Assembly: GCF_001412615.1 (NCBI RefSeq)
Contig: NZ_CP013011.1
Span: forward strand, 1,140,001-1,172,000
DNA length: 32,000 nucleotides
Origin: Pyrodictium delaneyi
GTDB lineage: Archaea > Thermoproteota > Thermoprotei_A > Sulfolobales > Pyrodictiaceae
Direction: 5' to 3'
Part shown: positions 10,001-17,692 of the stretch, in pieces
Layout of the letters: the number at the start of each line of letters is the position of its first letter
How positions within the stretch are numbered: position 1 is the stretch's first letter
The notes under the pieces: model-generated
What the model saw: the letters and a program-made list of their open reading frames with translations, nothing else
The model's database searches: none
What the model was told of the DNA's origin: nothing
Position numbers and translations under genes: made by a program

Positions 10001-10409
10001 GAGTTCTATTAAGATGAAGATCCTTTATAATAACGTTGCCATGAAGGTCGCCGAGTATGATGTAGCGTGGATCATATAAGTTATCGATTGTAAGTAAAGA
10101 TGGTAGTGTTGCTAACTCTGTCTCATCCAGTATAGTGAGCGAAGGAACAGGATTGCTAGTGTTTATGTGTGCAATGTTTAAGAAGAGACCTTCATCTGTA
10201 GCTCGCACATATACCAGTTTATTCATGTACGTGTTTAATGCCGTAATTATAGTGTCATTTACGAGAGCTGATGCGATGGCTGGCACATCTGTCTTTGCAT
10301 GTGCAGGCGGTGCCAACATAATTGTAATCACAGCGAGAAGCATCAGCAGTAATGTCGATTCAAATAAATAGATTCTTGGATACTTCTTGGCACTGGTAGT
10401 TGCTAGCAT
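7026..10409 (-). CDS. large membrane-anchored extracellular glycoprotein (CarboxypepD_reg-like beta-sandwich repeats plus beta-propeller-like region)
   Basis: Sec-type signal KKYPRIYLFESTLLLMLLAVITIMLAPPAHA|KT. C-terminal TM anchor (STLITAVIVGVLVLAVLRFYF) followed by a short charged tail. I count about 23 N-x-S/T sequons. Repeated segments resemble the carboxypeptidase regulatory fold (e.g. NATVYGYIDSIG..TDSNGEFTLRIPPDTFYITL; GEPIPGVRAWA..GIVKLALPFGSYDLCLSAAGY). A region resembling beta-propeller blades is present (GELLVIGTSDGSIYILG..). The ORF track starts at 10463; ATG 10409 (MLATTSAKK..) fits the signal peptide better. Confidence 0.8.
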   Translation of the reverse strand: MLATTSAKKYPRIYLFESTLLLMLLAVITIMLAPPAHAKTDVPAIASALVNDTIITALNTYMNKLVYVRATDEGLFLNIAHINTSNPVPSLTILDETELATLPSLLTIDNLYDPRYIILGDLHGNVIIKDLHLNRTLEFGVIGSVKNAVFLDRVGVAIRTSANALYVIRPSELGWFEARVLIGNLLPEKLEHVEITDLKPILKLEDNRIEYLGKGLIALRVAKLAYNTLVKAALIWSNGTPVANATVYGYIDSIGAFTPTTTTDSNGEFTLRIPPDTFYITLFIKTNNTCYSTHITLRDIKSGTLNIVTKPIVIDPQNRAVCPPPTFETKLLILKNKYPPTLTVLKESSRLGDAKILTAYMLNNILYIWVTGRNIPLFNVTAPVFAVLAFNAATGDPVESIWGYYVSSSIATTAAVAPSGELLVIGTSDGSIYILGKSNNTYTLLWSQKLAGSIIHVTLSNRIDGLGYIIAATDAMSNLMLLAVNPDNNMVRIITRGPRGEPYIDSGMDINYLYLSPNAEYLLIAGSKGIIVFNNFQAAITGELKSLDDYMLKKIPLRIYNEDGEPVKGFIVLATLLYGNNSIYETTVETNNSKAYIPCVSGSKLLISVYPKDNIYLPITLAYDAIRACTADGVSITVPYRLMKVRLFVVDKYTGSPPLHDIDITIYDVKRNHTLNYTYNAGQEAPLLIELKPGIYDIIASDTDKTFYKLFRKQFGIFNDTTIIIDLQRVPVTVEITITADLLAYPLDRLKVYVVSHDDRPIYTETTNAPTPTNATKVVFTTAYRGPARIIIKDIPPKGLPPFFIDTSININITKLVNKANINLVPMKYPVTVTVIDNFTKSKVPAKLVISRIYDNRSLDPHLELESNGTLTLNLPRGIYRVYVEPLPINGSLPLNAPRIISINVNGSMNIVIELERIRVLTPLVIIDPMSPGEVVIDNIIVSVDGHNITKVLSGHSEPIKVPLLINGSEIELISENRIYAQYKGKIKPTLNDTIVKIKLSRINHVLTITVLNDIGEPIPGVRAWATGLDLEYSTDSVGTPEGIVKLALPFGSYDLCLSAAGYNGKCMTVTLATDASLVVTLTPKPITIIARYSTLITAVIVGVLVLAVLRFYFKKIVERLSTEEEF

Positions 10410-10597
10410 TGTGTTGTTCACCGCTTTGGTGTTTCTCAGCCTCGACGCCTTCTCATGAACCAATCCCTTGATTCGAGATACTTTAGCGTTTATGCTAGAT
10501 TCCCATATATTCGGTCTACCTTTATCGGTATTTGATTCATTCTAAGTCTCTCTGGTAGCGTGTTACATGGAAGTGCTTAATACCAGAGTCTTCTTTC

Positions 10598-12298
10598 ATG
10601 TTTCCAGGGCTTGGGGGGCTTTATACAGTGAAGTTGAAGCTGCAGCTTAAGGGACTGCGGCTAAGCTTTAAGATTAAGAAGAGAAAGGTGAAGGAGAAGG
10701 CTGAAGCCGTTGCCGCACCACCTCTCGATGAGATCATACCAGAGGAAATTATGGTTAGGCCAACTACTTTAGCCAGGCGTTCATTGAGAGGATATGAAGA
10801 GATAGAATCTTATCCGCTTGAGGAACCATGGGTTTATGCTAGAATATTGAGGCATCGGGAGACAAAGGAGCTGTTGTACTGGATAGACGAGATACCACTC
10901 TCTAGCCGGGAGAAGGAGATCTACAAGCAGGTAATGGATATACTCTACTGGGAGATGAAGCCACCGCCATCTGGCGTGGATGTTATTGCCTACTTTAGCC
11001 GCGAGGCTAGACGTATAGTGAGGACTTTCCAAATAAGGCTGGGACGTACCCCGGGTGTGTCTTGGAGGAAAATACTCTACTATGTGCTTCGCGACTCGAT
11101 CGGCTTCGGGCCTATAGACCCCTTGATGAAGGACCCGAACATAGAGGACATTTCGTGTAACGGCGTCCGTCGCCCGGTGTATGTGTGGCATCGACGCTAC
11201 GAGTACATACCTACATCGCTTGTCTTCGAGAGGGAAGAAGAGCTGGACAATCTTGTTGTGAAACTTGTACATATGGCTGGCAAACATATATCAGTGGCCT
11301 TCCCGGTGGTTGACGCTATACTTCCCGGTGGCCACCGTCTGGCAGCCACTTATAAGAAGGAAGTAACTACGGGAGGTTCGAGTTTCACTATACGAAAGTT
11401 CCGCGAAGACCCTCTAACAGTTGTTGACATGATACAAGGCAAATCTTTGAGCCCGATGCTTGCTGCCTACTACTGGATACTCATGGAGCATAAACGGCCA
11501 GGAATGGTCATGGGTGTAACTGGCTCCGGTAAGACTACGACTATGAACGCGCTATTGACTATGCTTAAGCCGAGCGTAAAGATCGTCACTATAGAGGATA
11601 CGCCGGAGCTTAAGCTTCCCCTAGAGAATTGGGTGCAGCTCGTACCCCGTATGAGCTATGGCTTTGGGAGCGAGAAAGCAGGCGAGATAACTCTCTACGA
11701 CCTAGTACGTATAAGCCTACGCTACCGTCCCGACATAATAGTGGTTGGCGAGGTGCGTGGCGAAGAAGCTTACGTCCTATTCCAGGCCATAGCAACCGGT
11801 CATGGTGGTATGACAACCCTGCATGCAGAGAATATTGATGCGGCTGCGAAGAGGCTTACAAGTCCGCCTATGAACATCCCTAAGGGCTACATACCGCTAA
11901 TGAACTTTGCACTGTTGATCCGGCGTGTAGAGGTTGTTGATAAAGAGACTGGCAGGCTGCGGGTGACACGGAGGATAACCGACACATGGGAGATAGAAGA
12001 TTATGGTAAGTACATACAAGTGCATAAGTGGGATGCACGTCGTGACGAGCATGTACTGAACTTGAAGTCTAGCAGGCTGCTTAACCTTATAGCGGAGCTT
12101 CGTGGATGGAGCATGGATGAGATACTGGAGGAGATAGACCGCAGAGCGGTAGTGATGAAATGGATGGCAGCGAGAAACATGAGGAGTTATCGTGAAGTCG
12201 CCCGGGTTATCCGTGAATACTACCTGGAGCCTGACAAAGTGTATAAGCGTGCAATAATAGAGCTCGAGGAGGGCTCATACGGTGAGGATAAACTGTAG
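10598..12298 (+). CDS. type IV pilus/archaellum-class secretion ATPase (FlaI/PilB/VirB11 superfamily, T2SSE)
   Basis: Walker A GVTGSGKTTT, Walker B/Asp box PDIIVVGEVRGEEA, His box TGHGGMTTLHA. The Lys-rich N-terminal 50 aa may be partly over-extended; an alternative ATG lies at residue 52. Confidence 0.9.
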   Translation: MFPGLGGLYTVKLKLQLKGLRLSFKIKKRKVKEKAEAVAAPPLDEIIPEEIMVRPTTLARRSLRGYEEIESYPLEEPWVYARILRHRETKELLYWIDEIPLSSREKEIYKQVMDILYWEMKPPPSGVDVIAYFSREARRIVRTFQIRLGRTPGVSWRKILYYVLRDSIGFGPIDPLMKDPNIEDISCNGVRRPVYVWHRRYEYIPTSLVFEREEELDNLVVKLVHMAGKHISVAFPVVDAILPGGHRLAATYKKEVTTGGSSFTIRKFREDPLTVVDMIQGKSLSPMLAAYYWILMEHKRPGMVMGVTGSGKTTTMNALLTMLKPSVKIVTIEDTPELKLPLENWVQLVPRMSYGFGSEKAGEITLYDLVRISLRYRPDIIVVGEVRGEEAYVLFQAIATGHGGMTTLHAENIDAAAKRLTSPPMNIPKGYIPLMNFALLIRRVEVVDKETGRLRVTRRITDTWEIEDYGKYIQVHKWDARRDEHVLNLKSSRLLNLIAELRGWSMDEILEEIDRRAVVMKWMAARNMRSYREVARVIREYYLEPDKVYKRAIIELEEGSYGEDKL

Positions 12299-12379
12299 AC
12301 TATTATTACTCGTTAATCAGTCGTGTGGGGCTAATGTGTAGCCATTGTTAAGCGTTAATAGTATAGTCGGCGGGTCGTG

Positions 12380-12385
12380 TTTTTT
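12380..12385 (+). terminator. oligo-T tract, candidate archaeal terminator downstream of the ATPase gene
   Basis: TTTTTT sits about 80 nt after the ATPase stop, within a 240-nt spacer. A TTTTATAG TATA-like box follows before the next gene. Confidence 0.25.
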
Positions 12386-12538
12386 GCCTTAACAGGTTTG
12401 AAATAATTAATGTTCTATTACCGGATGAGGTTTATACTTCGCTATGATAACTATGGTGTTTTATAGGGTATTATTGGAGTAGTAGAAGGATGGTGATAGA
12501 GCGAGGGATGGAGAACACTACGAGGTGCTAATGCGGAG

Positions 12539-14401
12539 ATGGCGATCTTTCGTCGGCGTGGTGCTAGGACTGGGGCTGCTAACAAAAAAGGTAAAGAAAA
12601 GAGTGAACGGAATGGAAAAGTGAGCACCAGACTATCGCTTACGCTTCTCTACGATAGTTTGGCTATTGCTACTTTTGGCAAGTATGCTGAGAAATTTGCA
12701 CGCAGCTTTGAGCTCAACGAAGCTATAAGCAAGGCTGGTATGGCTGTACATCCTTGGCTCTACGCGGCTCGTCTCCTTTTCGGAATTCTATTATTGTCTC
12801 TAACTCTTGGTTCTCTGGCAATCTTTGTAGCCCTCTTGGACGTGTCACTAATTATTAAGATAGTGATTGCACTCATGGCCTTCATGATCCCGTTGGTAGT
12901 ATTTGCGCTTGGACTCTACTATCCGCATTCAAAGGCAGCGGCGCGTGCCATGGCAGTTGACAACGAGTTTCCGTTCTTTGCAGCGTATCTAACAGCTATG
13001 GCTTATGGCGGTGTGCCACCGGAAAAAGTCATAGAGAGGCTTGCTGAAATTAAAGTGTTCAAGGCTATGCGTGACGAGGCAATACGGATACTGCGTGATG
13101 TAAAAATGTTTGGTAGTGATATATTGACAGCCTTAGAGCGTAATGCGGCGAGACATCCTTCAAGAATGTACAGGGACTTTATGCTCGGGTACCTCACGAC
13201 TCTACGAACGGGTGGCGACATCATACACTATCTTGAGATACGTACTCAAGAACTCTTCCAAGCAAGGATGGAGGATCTCAAGAGCAGAGCTGAGCGCGTG
13301 GGTCTCATAGTGGAGGCTTATGCTGCTGTAGCAATTATGGGTACACTATCGCTGTACATATTCTTTATAGTCGCAGGTCTAATAGGAGGCGGAGGTATGG
13401 CTGGCACGACCGGCATAATAATCTACAGTCTCGTGATCCTACCACTGGTAACAGTGGCCGTCATAGCCATGCTCAACTCATTGCTACCGAGCCAAGAGAA
13501 CATAAGAGAGCCTTATGCTTATCTACTAGTCACGGTACCTCTCGGAGTCTTTATCACACTGGCATTCTTAGCACTTAGCGGAGGAACGGCGGCACTAAGA
13601 GGAGAAGCCAATGTCAACGACATAGTAAAGCTAGTTACAGCAGTTGGTCTCGGCTTCATAGTAGCTAGCATCGGACCGGCAGTAGCCTACATGAAGCAAG
13701 TGCGCCGCGAGCGCAAAATAAGCCGAGCACTGTCATCGTTCTTCCGCGACCTCTCCGAGGTCAGACGTACTGGGCTAAGCCCAGAGAAGAGCATCATAGT
13801 GCTCGCTGAGAGAGACTATGGAGAACTAAGTAACATAGTAAAGCGAATAGCTGGTGCGCTTGCTGCGGGCTTACACGTCGAGAAAGCTGTGAGACGCGCT
13901 ATACGTGGCTACAGGAACTGGCTCCTCCGCGTAACAATGAGGTTTCTCGTAGACGCCATAGATGTTGGTGGCGGTAGTCCGACCACGGTTGACTCGCTTG
14001 CCCGCTTCATATCGACGCTAATAGAGATACATGAGAGTATGCGTAAGAGGCTAAAACCATACATAATGATGCCGTACTTTGGCGCGATCATGGTGGCTAT
14101 AACGGGTATACTAACGTTGTCGATGATGGTTCAAGCCGTTGTGAGTGCAGGACTTGGCGGTGCTACAGGTAGACTGGGTGGGTTAAGCGTAAACATATCA
14201 CCAGAGAACATCAACAAGCTACTCGTAACAGCCTCGGTAGCATCAATAATCAATGCATGGCTAAGCGGTCTTGTAGCCGGTAAGATACAGGATCAAAGCC
14301 TCGCAGCAGGCTTCCTACACGCAACAATACTAACAACTATAACATTACTCTCTGTAATTCTCTCGCTAATACTATCGAGTTCTATGCTGGCATCACTGTA
14401 G
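12539..14401 (+). CDS. FlaJ/TadC-like polytopic membrane platform protein (two T2SSF-like domains)
   Basis: 620 aa. Two cytoplasmic helical domains (..FPFFAAYLTAMAYGGVPPEKVIERLAE..TLRTGGDIIHYLE and ..FFRDLSEVRRTGLSPEKSIIVLAE..AIDVGGGSPTTV) are each followed by TM bundles. It sits adjacent to the ATPase. Confidence 0.8.
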   Translation: MAIFRRRGARTGAANKKGKEKSERNGKVSTRLSLTLLYDSLAIATFGKYAEKFARSFELNEAISKAGMAVHPWLYAARLLFGILLLSLTLGSLAIFVALLDVSLIIKIVIALMAFMIPLVVFALGLYYPHSKAAARAMAVDNEFPFFAAYLTAMAYGGVPPEKVIERLAEIKVFKAMRDEAIRILRDVKMFGSDILTALERNAARHPSRMYRDFMLGYLTTLRTGGDIIHYLEIRTQELFQARMEDLKSRAERVGLIVEAYAAVAIMGTLSLYIFFIVAGLIGGGGMAGTTGIIIYSLVILPLVTVAVIAMLNSLLPSQENIREPYAYLLVTVPLGVFITLAFLALSGGTAALRGEANVNDIVKLVTAVGLGFIVASIGPAVAYMKQVRRERKISRALSSFFRDLSEVRRTGLSPEKSIIVLAERDYGELSNIVKRIAGALAAGLHVEKAVRRAIRGYRNWLLRVTMRFLVDAIDVGGGSPTTVDSLARFISTLIEIHESMRKRLKPYIMMPYFGAIMVAITGILTLSMMVQAVVSAGLGGATGRLGGLSVNISPENINKLLVTASVASIINAWLSGLVAGKIQDQSLAAGFLHATILTTITLLSVILSLILSSSMLASL

Positions 14402-14406
14402 TCGCT

Positions 14407-15204
14407 CTAGCCCCGTTTTCCGATAAAGTCTAGAAGCGACAGGGATCCGCTATGGCGTCTCTCTTGTTTGGCCTTCTTGTGTATTCTAGCTACGTCTACA
14501 TGTTTGTACTCGAGTCCAAGGCTAGTGAGAAGAGAGAGTGCATCCTTGGTTATGGCTGGAGCTACCAATATACCTCTGACCTTGGCCTCTGCGTTAGCCT
14601 TTCGGAACATCTCTACGTATCGGTGTAATTGCTTAACCGCGTCGATGCCAGCTGTGACGCGCTTGACCTCTATCACTACATAGCGGCCCTGCTTGTCTAC
14701 TGCTACTATGTCCGCGTATCCACCCTCTACGGGGCGCTCTCTACGAACCACTCTTAGTCCTTCCTCGATTAGATCGGGGTGGCGTGCCAGGTAATCGGCT
14801 ATCTCGCTCTCATCAAGATACTCTATGAACTCTGCATCGTCTAAGAGCCCGTGGATGGCTACAACAAAGTACACCCTGGATATCAGTATTTCAAGAACCT
14901 CGCGTGGTCGTTTTCTCACGCTCCGGAAGAGTATACGGCCATCTTGTTTCTCAACCGTTATCACGTGGCTATCAGGTTGCCAGTTTACTGGAGAATAACC
15001 AGTAGGTCTGTGGACGAGTACAGCACCATCGGGCTTCACTATGACTAGTCGATCGCCTTCGCCGAGACGGCTAGCTCCACGCCCCTCGTATGCTACGCTA
15101 CATTTGACAGCCATCACTATCATATCGCGTTGAGCCACGGCAGAGCTAATGAAATTATGAGCCTTGTCGAGATCTGGCTCGGCTAGGTACTTGACGGTGG
15201 TCAT
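14407..15204 (-). CDS. nucS: endonuclease NucS (EndoMS)
   Basis: Whole-length similarity to the NucS architecture. RecB-like catalytic core ADIVAVDKQGRYVVIEVKR. C-terminal PIP-like tail SLSLLDFIGKRG. Confidence 0.9.
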   Translation of the reverse strand: MTTVKYLAEPDLDKAHNFISSAVAQRDMIVMAVKCSVAYEGRGASRLGEGDRLVIVKPDGAVLVHRPTGYSPVNWQPDSHVITVEKQDGRILFRSVRKRPREVLEILISRVYFVVAIHGLLDDAEFIEYLDESEIADYLARHPDLIEEGLRVVRRERPVEGGYADIVAVDKQGRYVVIEVKRVTAGIDAVKQLHRYVEMFRKANAEAKVRGILVAPAITKDALSLLTSLGLEYKHVDVARIHKKAKQERRHSGSLSLLDFIGKRG

Positions 15205-15410
15205 AGCGTCTGCACGCTCTCCGGGACTTGGGAAACGCTCTGCTATCGGTGGTGACGATCCAATAGGGGTATTGAGTTGCGCCCAGGGTTCAAGAGGGTT
15301 AAGCCTTAACGCCTAGAATGGAGGGTGTAGGAGAAACTCCCCCGTGGAAGCCCCAAAGCGGAGATACCGGTAGAACGTATTATTACCAGTCTAGTGGGGT
15401 TACAAGAGCT

Positions 15411-16535
15411 ATGAGCTATGCTACCAGCCTGGCACTGCTCGATACACGTCTATACCCGTTCCTCGCTGATCCCGTAGCTATTGCTCGTAAGAGGTTTGGG
15501 GTAGATCCCCTCGAGGTAGCTCGTAGACGCCATGAATACGTGGATATAGCTTTTAAACGGCTTGACGCAGCTCTACGACGTGCCTTCATACCTGGGCCTT
15601 GGAGGACTCTTGAGGAAGAGGTTCTCTCATTCTACTACGCGGCGCTTGCGGCCAGTCTCTCGGAGAACCGGTGGGTGATCTCTCGTCTAGCTCTTGCGGA
15701 GGCTAATAGAGCTTATGAGCTACTTAAGGACGAGAAGGACGAGGTTGTAGCTCATCTTGGTAGAGTAGTGGGTATTAGAAGCCTGGCATATGGTAGGACA
15801 TATCGTGAACCCATAGCTATGGTTCGTGGGGTTCCGGTGTACCGGATATACAGCTATTCCATGAGTTTACTAGAGTACATAAGGGCTGCACGTCGCCTAC
15901 TAGGTGACGACTCCTGGAAGCCAATAAACTACCCGGTTAAGAAGGGCGTTATCTTTCTCGAGAAACACCATGTATTGCGTGTTTTGAAGGAGGTACTAAC
16001 AGAGTATATTGAGAACCGTATAAGGAGCCTCGGAGAGGGTGTAGACCCCGGCCTCATCGAGCCTATAGCGGGTCTCGTAGAACATGTTAAAAAGATCATA
16101 TCGGCAAGGCAAAAGCCTAGGATAGAGGGAGGCCGTGTCGAGATACCCAAAGGCGTTATCATAGAGGATGCGTTTCCGCCCTGTATAGCCGACTTAGCTA
16201 CTAGAGCCCGGAAAGGTGAGCACTTGAGCCACCATGAACGTTTTGCTCTCGCTACATTCCTCCTCAACCTCGGGGCCGACATAGAGTACGTACTAGATTA
16301 TTTCCGAAACATGCCGGACTTCAACGAGAGGATAGCTAGGTACCAGGTAGAGCACTTAGCCGGCCTACGGGGTTCTGGGAAGAAATACCGTGTATACAGT
16401 TGCGAGAAGATGAAGACCCTAGGCATATGCAGAGCAGATTGTGGCACAAGAAGTCCCATATCGGCCTATTATCGTCGCATAAGATCATCAAAGCGTCTAG
16501 AGGCGGGGTCTTCACAGGATAAGGCAGAGATGTAA
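15411..16535 (+). CDS. priL: DNA primase large subunit PriL
   Basis: Conserved FPPCIADL..GEHLSHHERFALATFLLNLG and the Fe-S cysteines (PPC, YSCEKM, GICRADCG). The ORF track begins at 15318. ATG 15411 (MSYATSLALLDTRLYPF) places YPF where PriL N-termini have it, and it lies 25 nt downstream of a TATTATTA box (15379-15386). Confidence 0.9.
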   Translation: MSYATSLALLDTRLYPFLADPVAIARKRFGVDPLEVARRRHEYVDIAFKRLDAALRRAFIPGPWRTLEEEVLSFYYAALAASLSENRWVISRLALAEANRAYELLKDEKDEVVAHLGRVVGIRSLAYGRTYREPIAMVRGVPVYRIYSYSMSLLEYIRAARRLLGDDSWKPINYPVKKGVIFLEKHHVLRVLKEVLTEYIENRIRSLGEGVDPGLIEPIAGLVEHVKKIISARQKPRIEGGRVEIPKGVIIEDAFPPCIADLATRARKGEHLSHHERFALATFLLNLGADIEYVLDYFRNMPDFNERIARYQVEHLAGLRGSGKKYRVYSCEKMKTLGICRADCGTRSPISAYYRRIRSSKRLEAGSSQDKAEM

Positions 16536-16612
16536 ATATCTGCGTATAAGGGTTTAAAATCCTGCCACTTAGCTACTAAAAACAGCCAAACGGTTGTGAG
16601 TAGAAATTAGTA

Positions 16613-16631
16613 CTCCCCTCGCGGAGGGGAG
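16613..16631 (+). promoter_or_regulatory. perfect 8-bp GC-rich hairpin overlapping the Shine-Dalgarno-like region of the downstream wHTH gene
   Basis: CTCCCCTC-GCG-GAGGGGAG ends 4 nt before ATG 16636. The 3' arm is the only purine-rich SD-like sequence there. Confidence 0.3.
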
Positions 16632-16635
16632 CCTT

Positions 16636-16881
16636 ATGCCCTCTGCTTGCAGGGCTAGAGCTACTGGGCCTGACGAGATAGACATAACAATACTACGTGC
16701 TCTAAAGGAAATAGGTGGCCCCGCAAAGCCCAAAGATATAGCGGAGAAGGCAGGCCTCGATGCACGTCGTGTGGCGGCTAAGATGCGGAAACTGCTCCGG
16801 CTAGGCCTAGTAGAGCGTAGCGAAGAAGGGCTCTACAGCATAACAGAAAGCGGCCTTAAAGTCATCGAAGAGCACAGCTAA
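16636..16881 (+). CDS. small winged-helix DNA-binding protein (MarR/TrmB-like wHTH)
   Basis: 81 aa. ILRALKEIGGPAKPKDIAEKAGLDARRVAAKMRKLLRLGLVERSEEGLYSITESG shows the classical helix-turn-helix plus wing pattern. Confidence 0.6.
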   Translation: MPSACRARATGPDEIDITILRALKEIGGPAKPKDIAEKAGLDARRVAAKMRKLLRLGLVERSEEGLYSITESGLKVIEEHS

Positions 16882-17261
16882 CATTGGGTTGTTAGAACAG
16901 TTATTATTTTTATGAGGTAGCCTCTATACTTTATAGTCTCCGTGTTGTCTCGAATATTTGGCGCCTTTGTCCCTTTCCTGGTTTTCATCCTCTGCTGCGT
17001 CTTTATGTAGCAAGCCGGTTCTGCAGTGTAATTAATATTGAGCTGAACGTATATCCGCACAAGTATCTATCAAGTTCTACGTCTATAATGATAACTACAT
17101 AGTTGTGTAGATTATCTCTGTCATCTAATTATGCTCAATCCGTATTAGCATTGTACTGACTAGTCGTTATGACAGGAAAGCCTTCATAGAAGCGGTGTAA
17201 TCCTCTACAAAAGCCTCTATCTATGCTTATGCTACTGGTGTAGAGAAAATTATGTGTAGAT

Positions 17262-17492
17262 TTAACTCTTAATTATATATATTGGTGCTCTTCTGTTGGG
17301 AGCGTATAGTTCCACTATACCCTCTTTCTCTAGCCTGCGTAGAACCTGCTTAGCTAGACTCACTGTCATGTTGTACTTCTCTGCAACCATGTATGGTGTC
17401 ACAAACTTTTCCTTCTTTATCTCCTTGCTTATCCTCTTGTAGAGACTCTCAGGGACGAATGCCGTATACTCGCGGCCGCTGCGCTCAGACAC
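17262..17492 (-). CDS. rps25e: 30S ribosomal protein S25e
   Basis: The core FVTPYMVAEKYNMTVSLAKQVLRRLEKEGIVELYAPNRRAPIY matches the S25e winged-helix domain. GTG start. The usual Lys-rich N-terminal tail is absent, and the upstream in-frame sequence is not basic. Confidence 0.85.
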   Translation of the reverse strand: MSERSGREYTAFVPESLYKRISKEIKKEKFVTPYMVAEKYNMTVSLAKQVLRRLEKEGIVELYAPNRRAPIYIIKS

Positions 17493-17692
17493 GCCGCTAT
17501 CCCCAGACGGAGGCGTGCCAGTACCCCTCCCGGGTATAAGTACTAATGCCCCATAGGGGGCGAGACTAGGGGTCAGACAGTGCTATAGCTTGAGAGACTT
17601 GTCTGGCGCTCTCTATGGAGTAGAGGCGTCTATAGAGGTAGCGGGCCTGGTGTAGGGCGGGGCTGAAGGCCTTGATCAAGAGAAAGCGCTCG

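Noticed and set aside
10464-10597. Search for a prepilin gene or extra small ORF in the divergent promoter region and in the 12299-12538 spacer
   Set aside because: Manual translation of all ATG-initiated frames gives peptides of 18 aa or fewer before stops. No K/R-G/A-hydrophobic class III signal was found.
16878-17060. 60-aa basic ORF (contains MKTRKGTKAPN..) in the AT-rich convergent spacer, considered as a small ribosomal protein
   Set aside because: It matches no small ribosomal protein sequence I know (L39e, L40e, L41e, S27ae, S30e). It has a GTG start without SD or TATA support and overlaps the wHTH stop. It is probably spurious, but the spacer itself is reported as a finding.
16970-17182. 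Inverted 8-mers CTTTCCTG / CAGGAAAG about 195 nt apart flanking AT-rich DNA, considered as ORB-like origin elements
   Set aside because: Only 8 nt are shared, and about one such pair is expected by chance in a 380-nt region. There is no match to the longer crenarchaeal ORB dyad plus G-string, and no orc1/cdc6 or whiP gene nearby.
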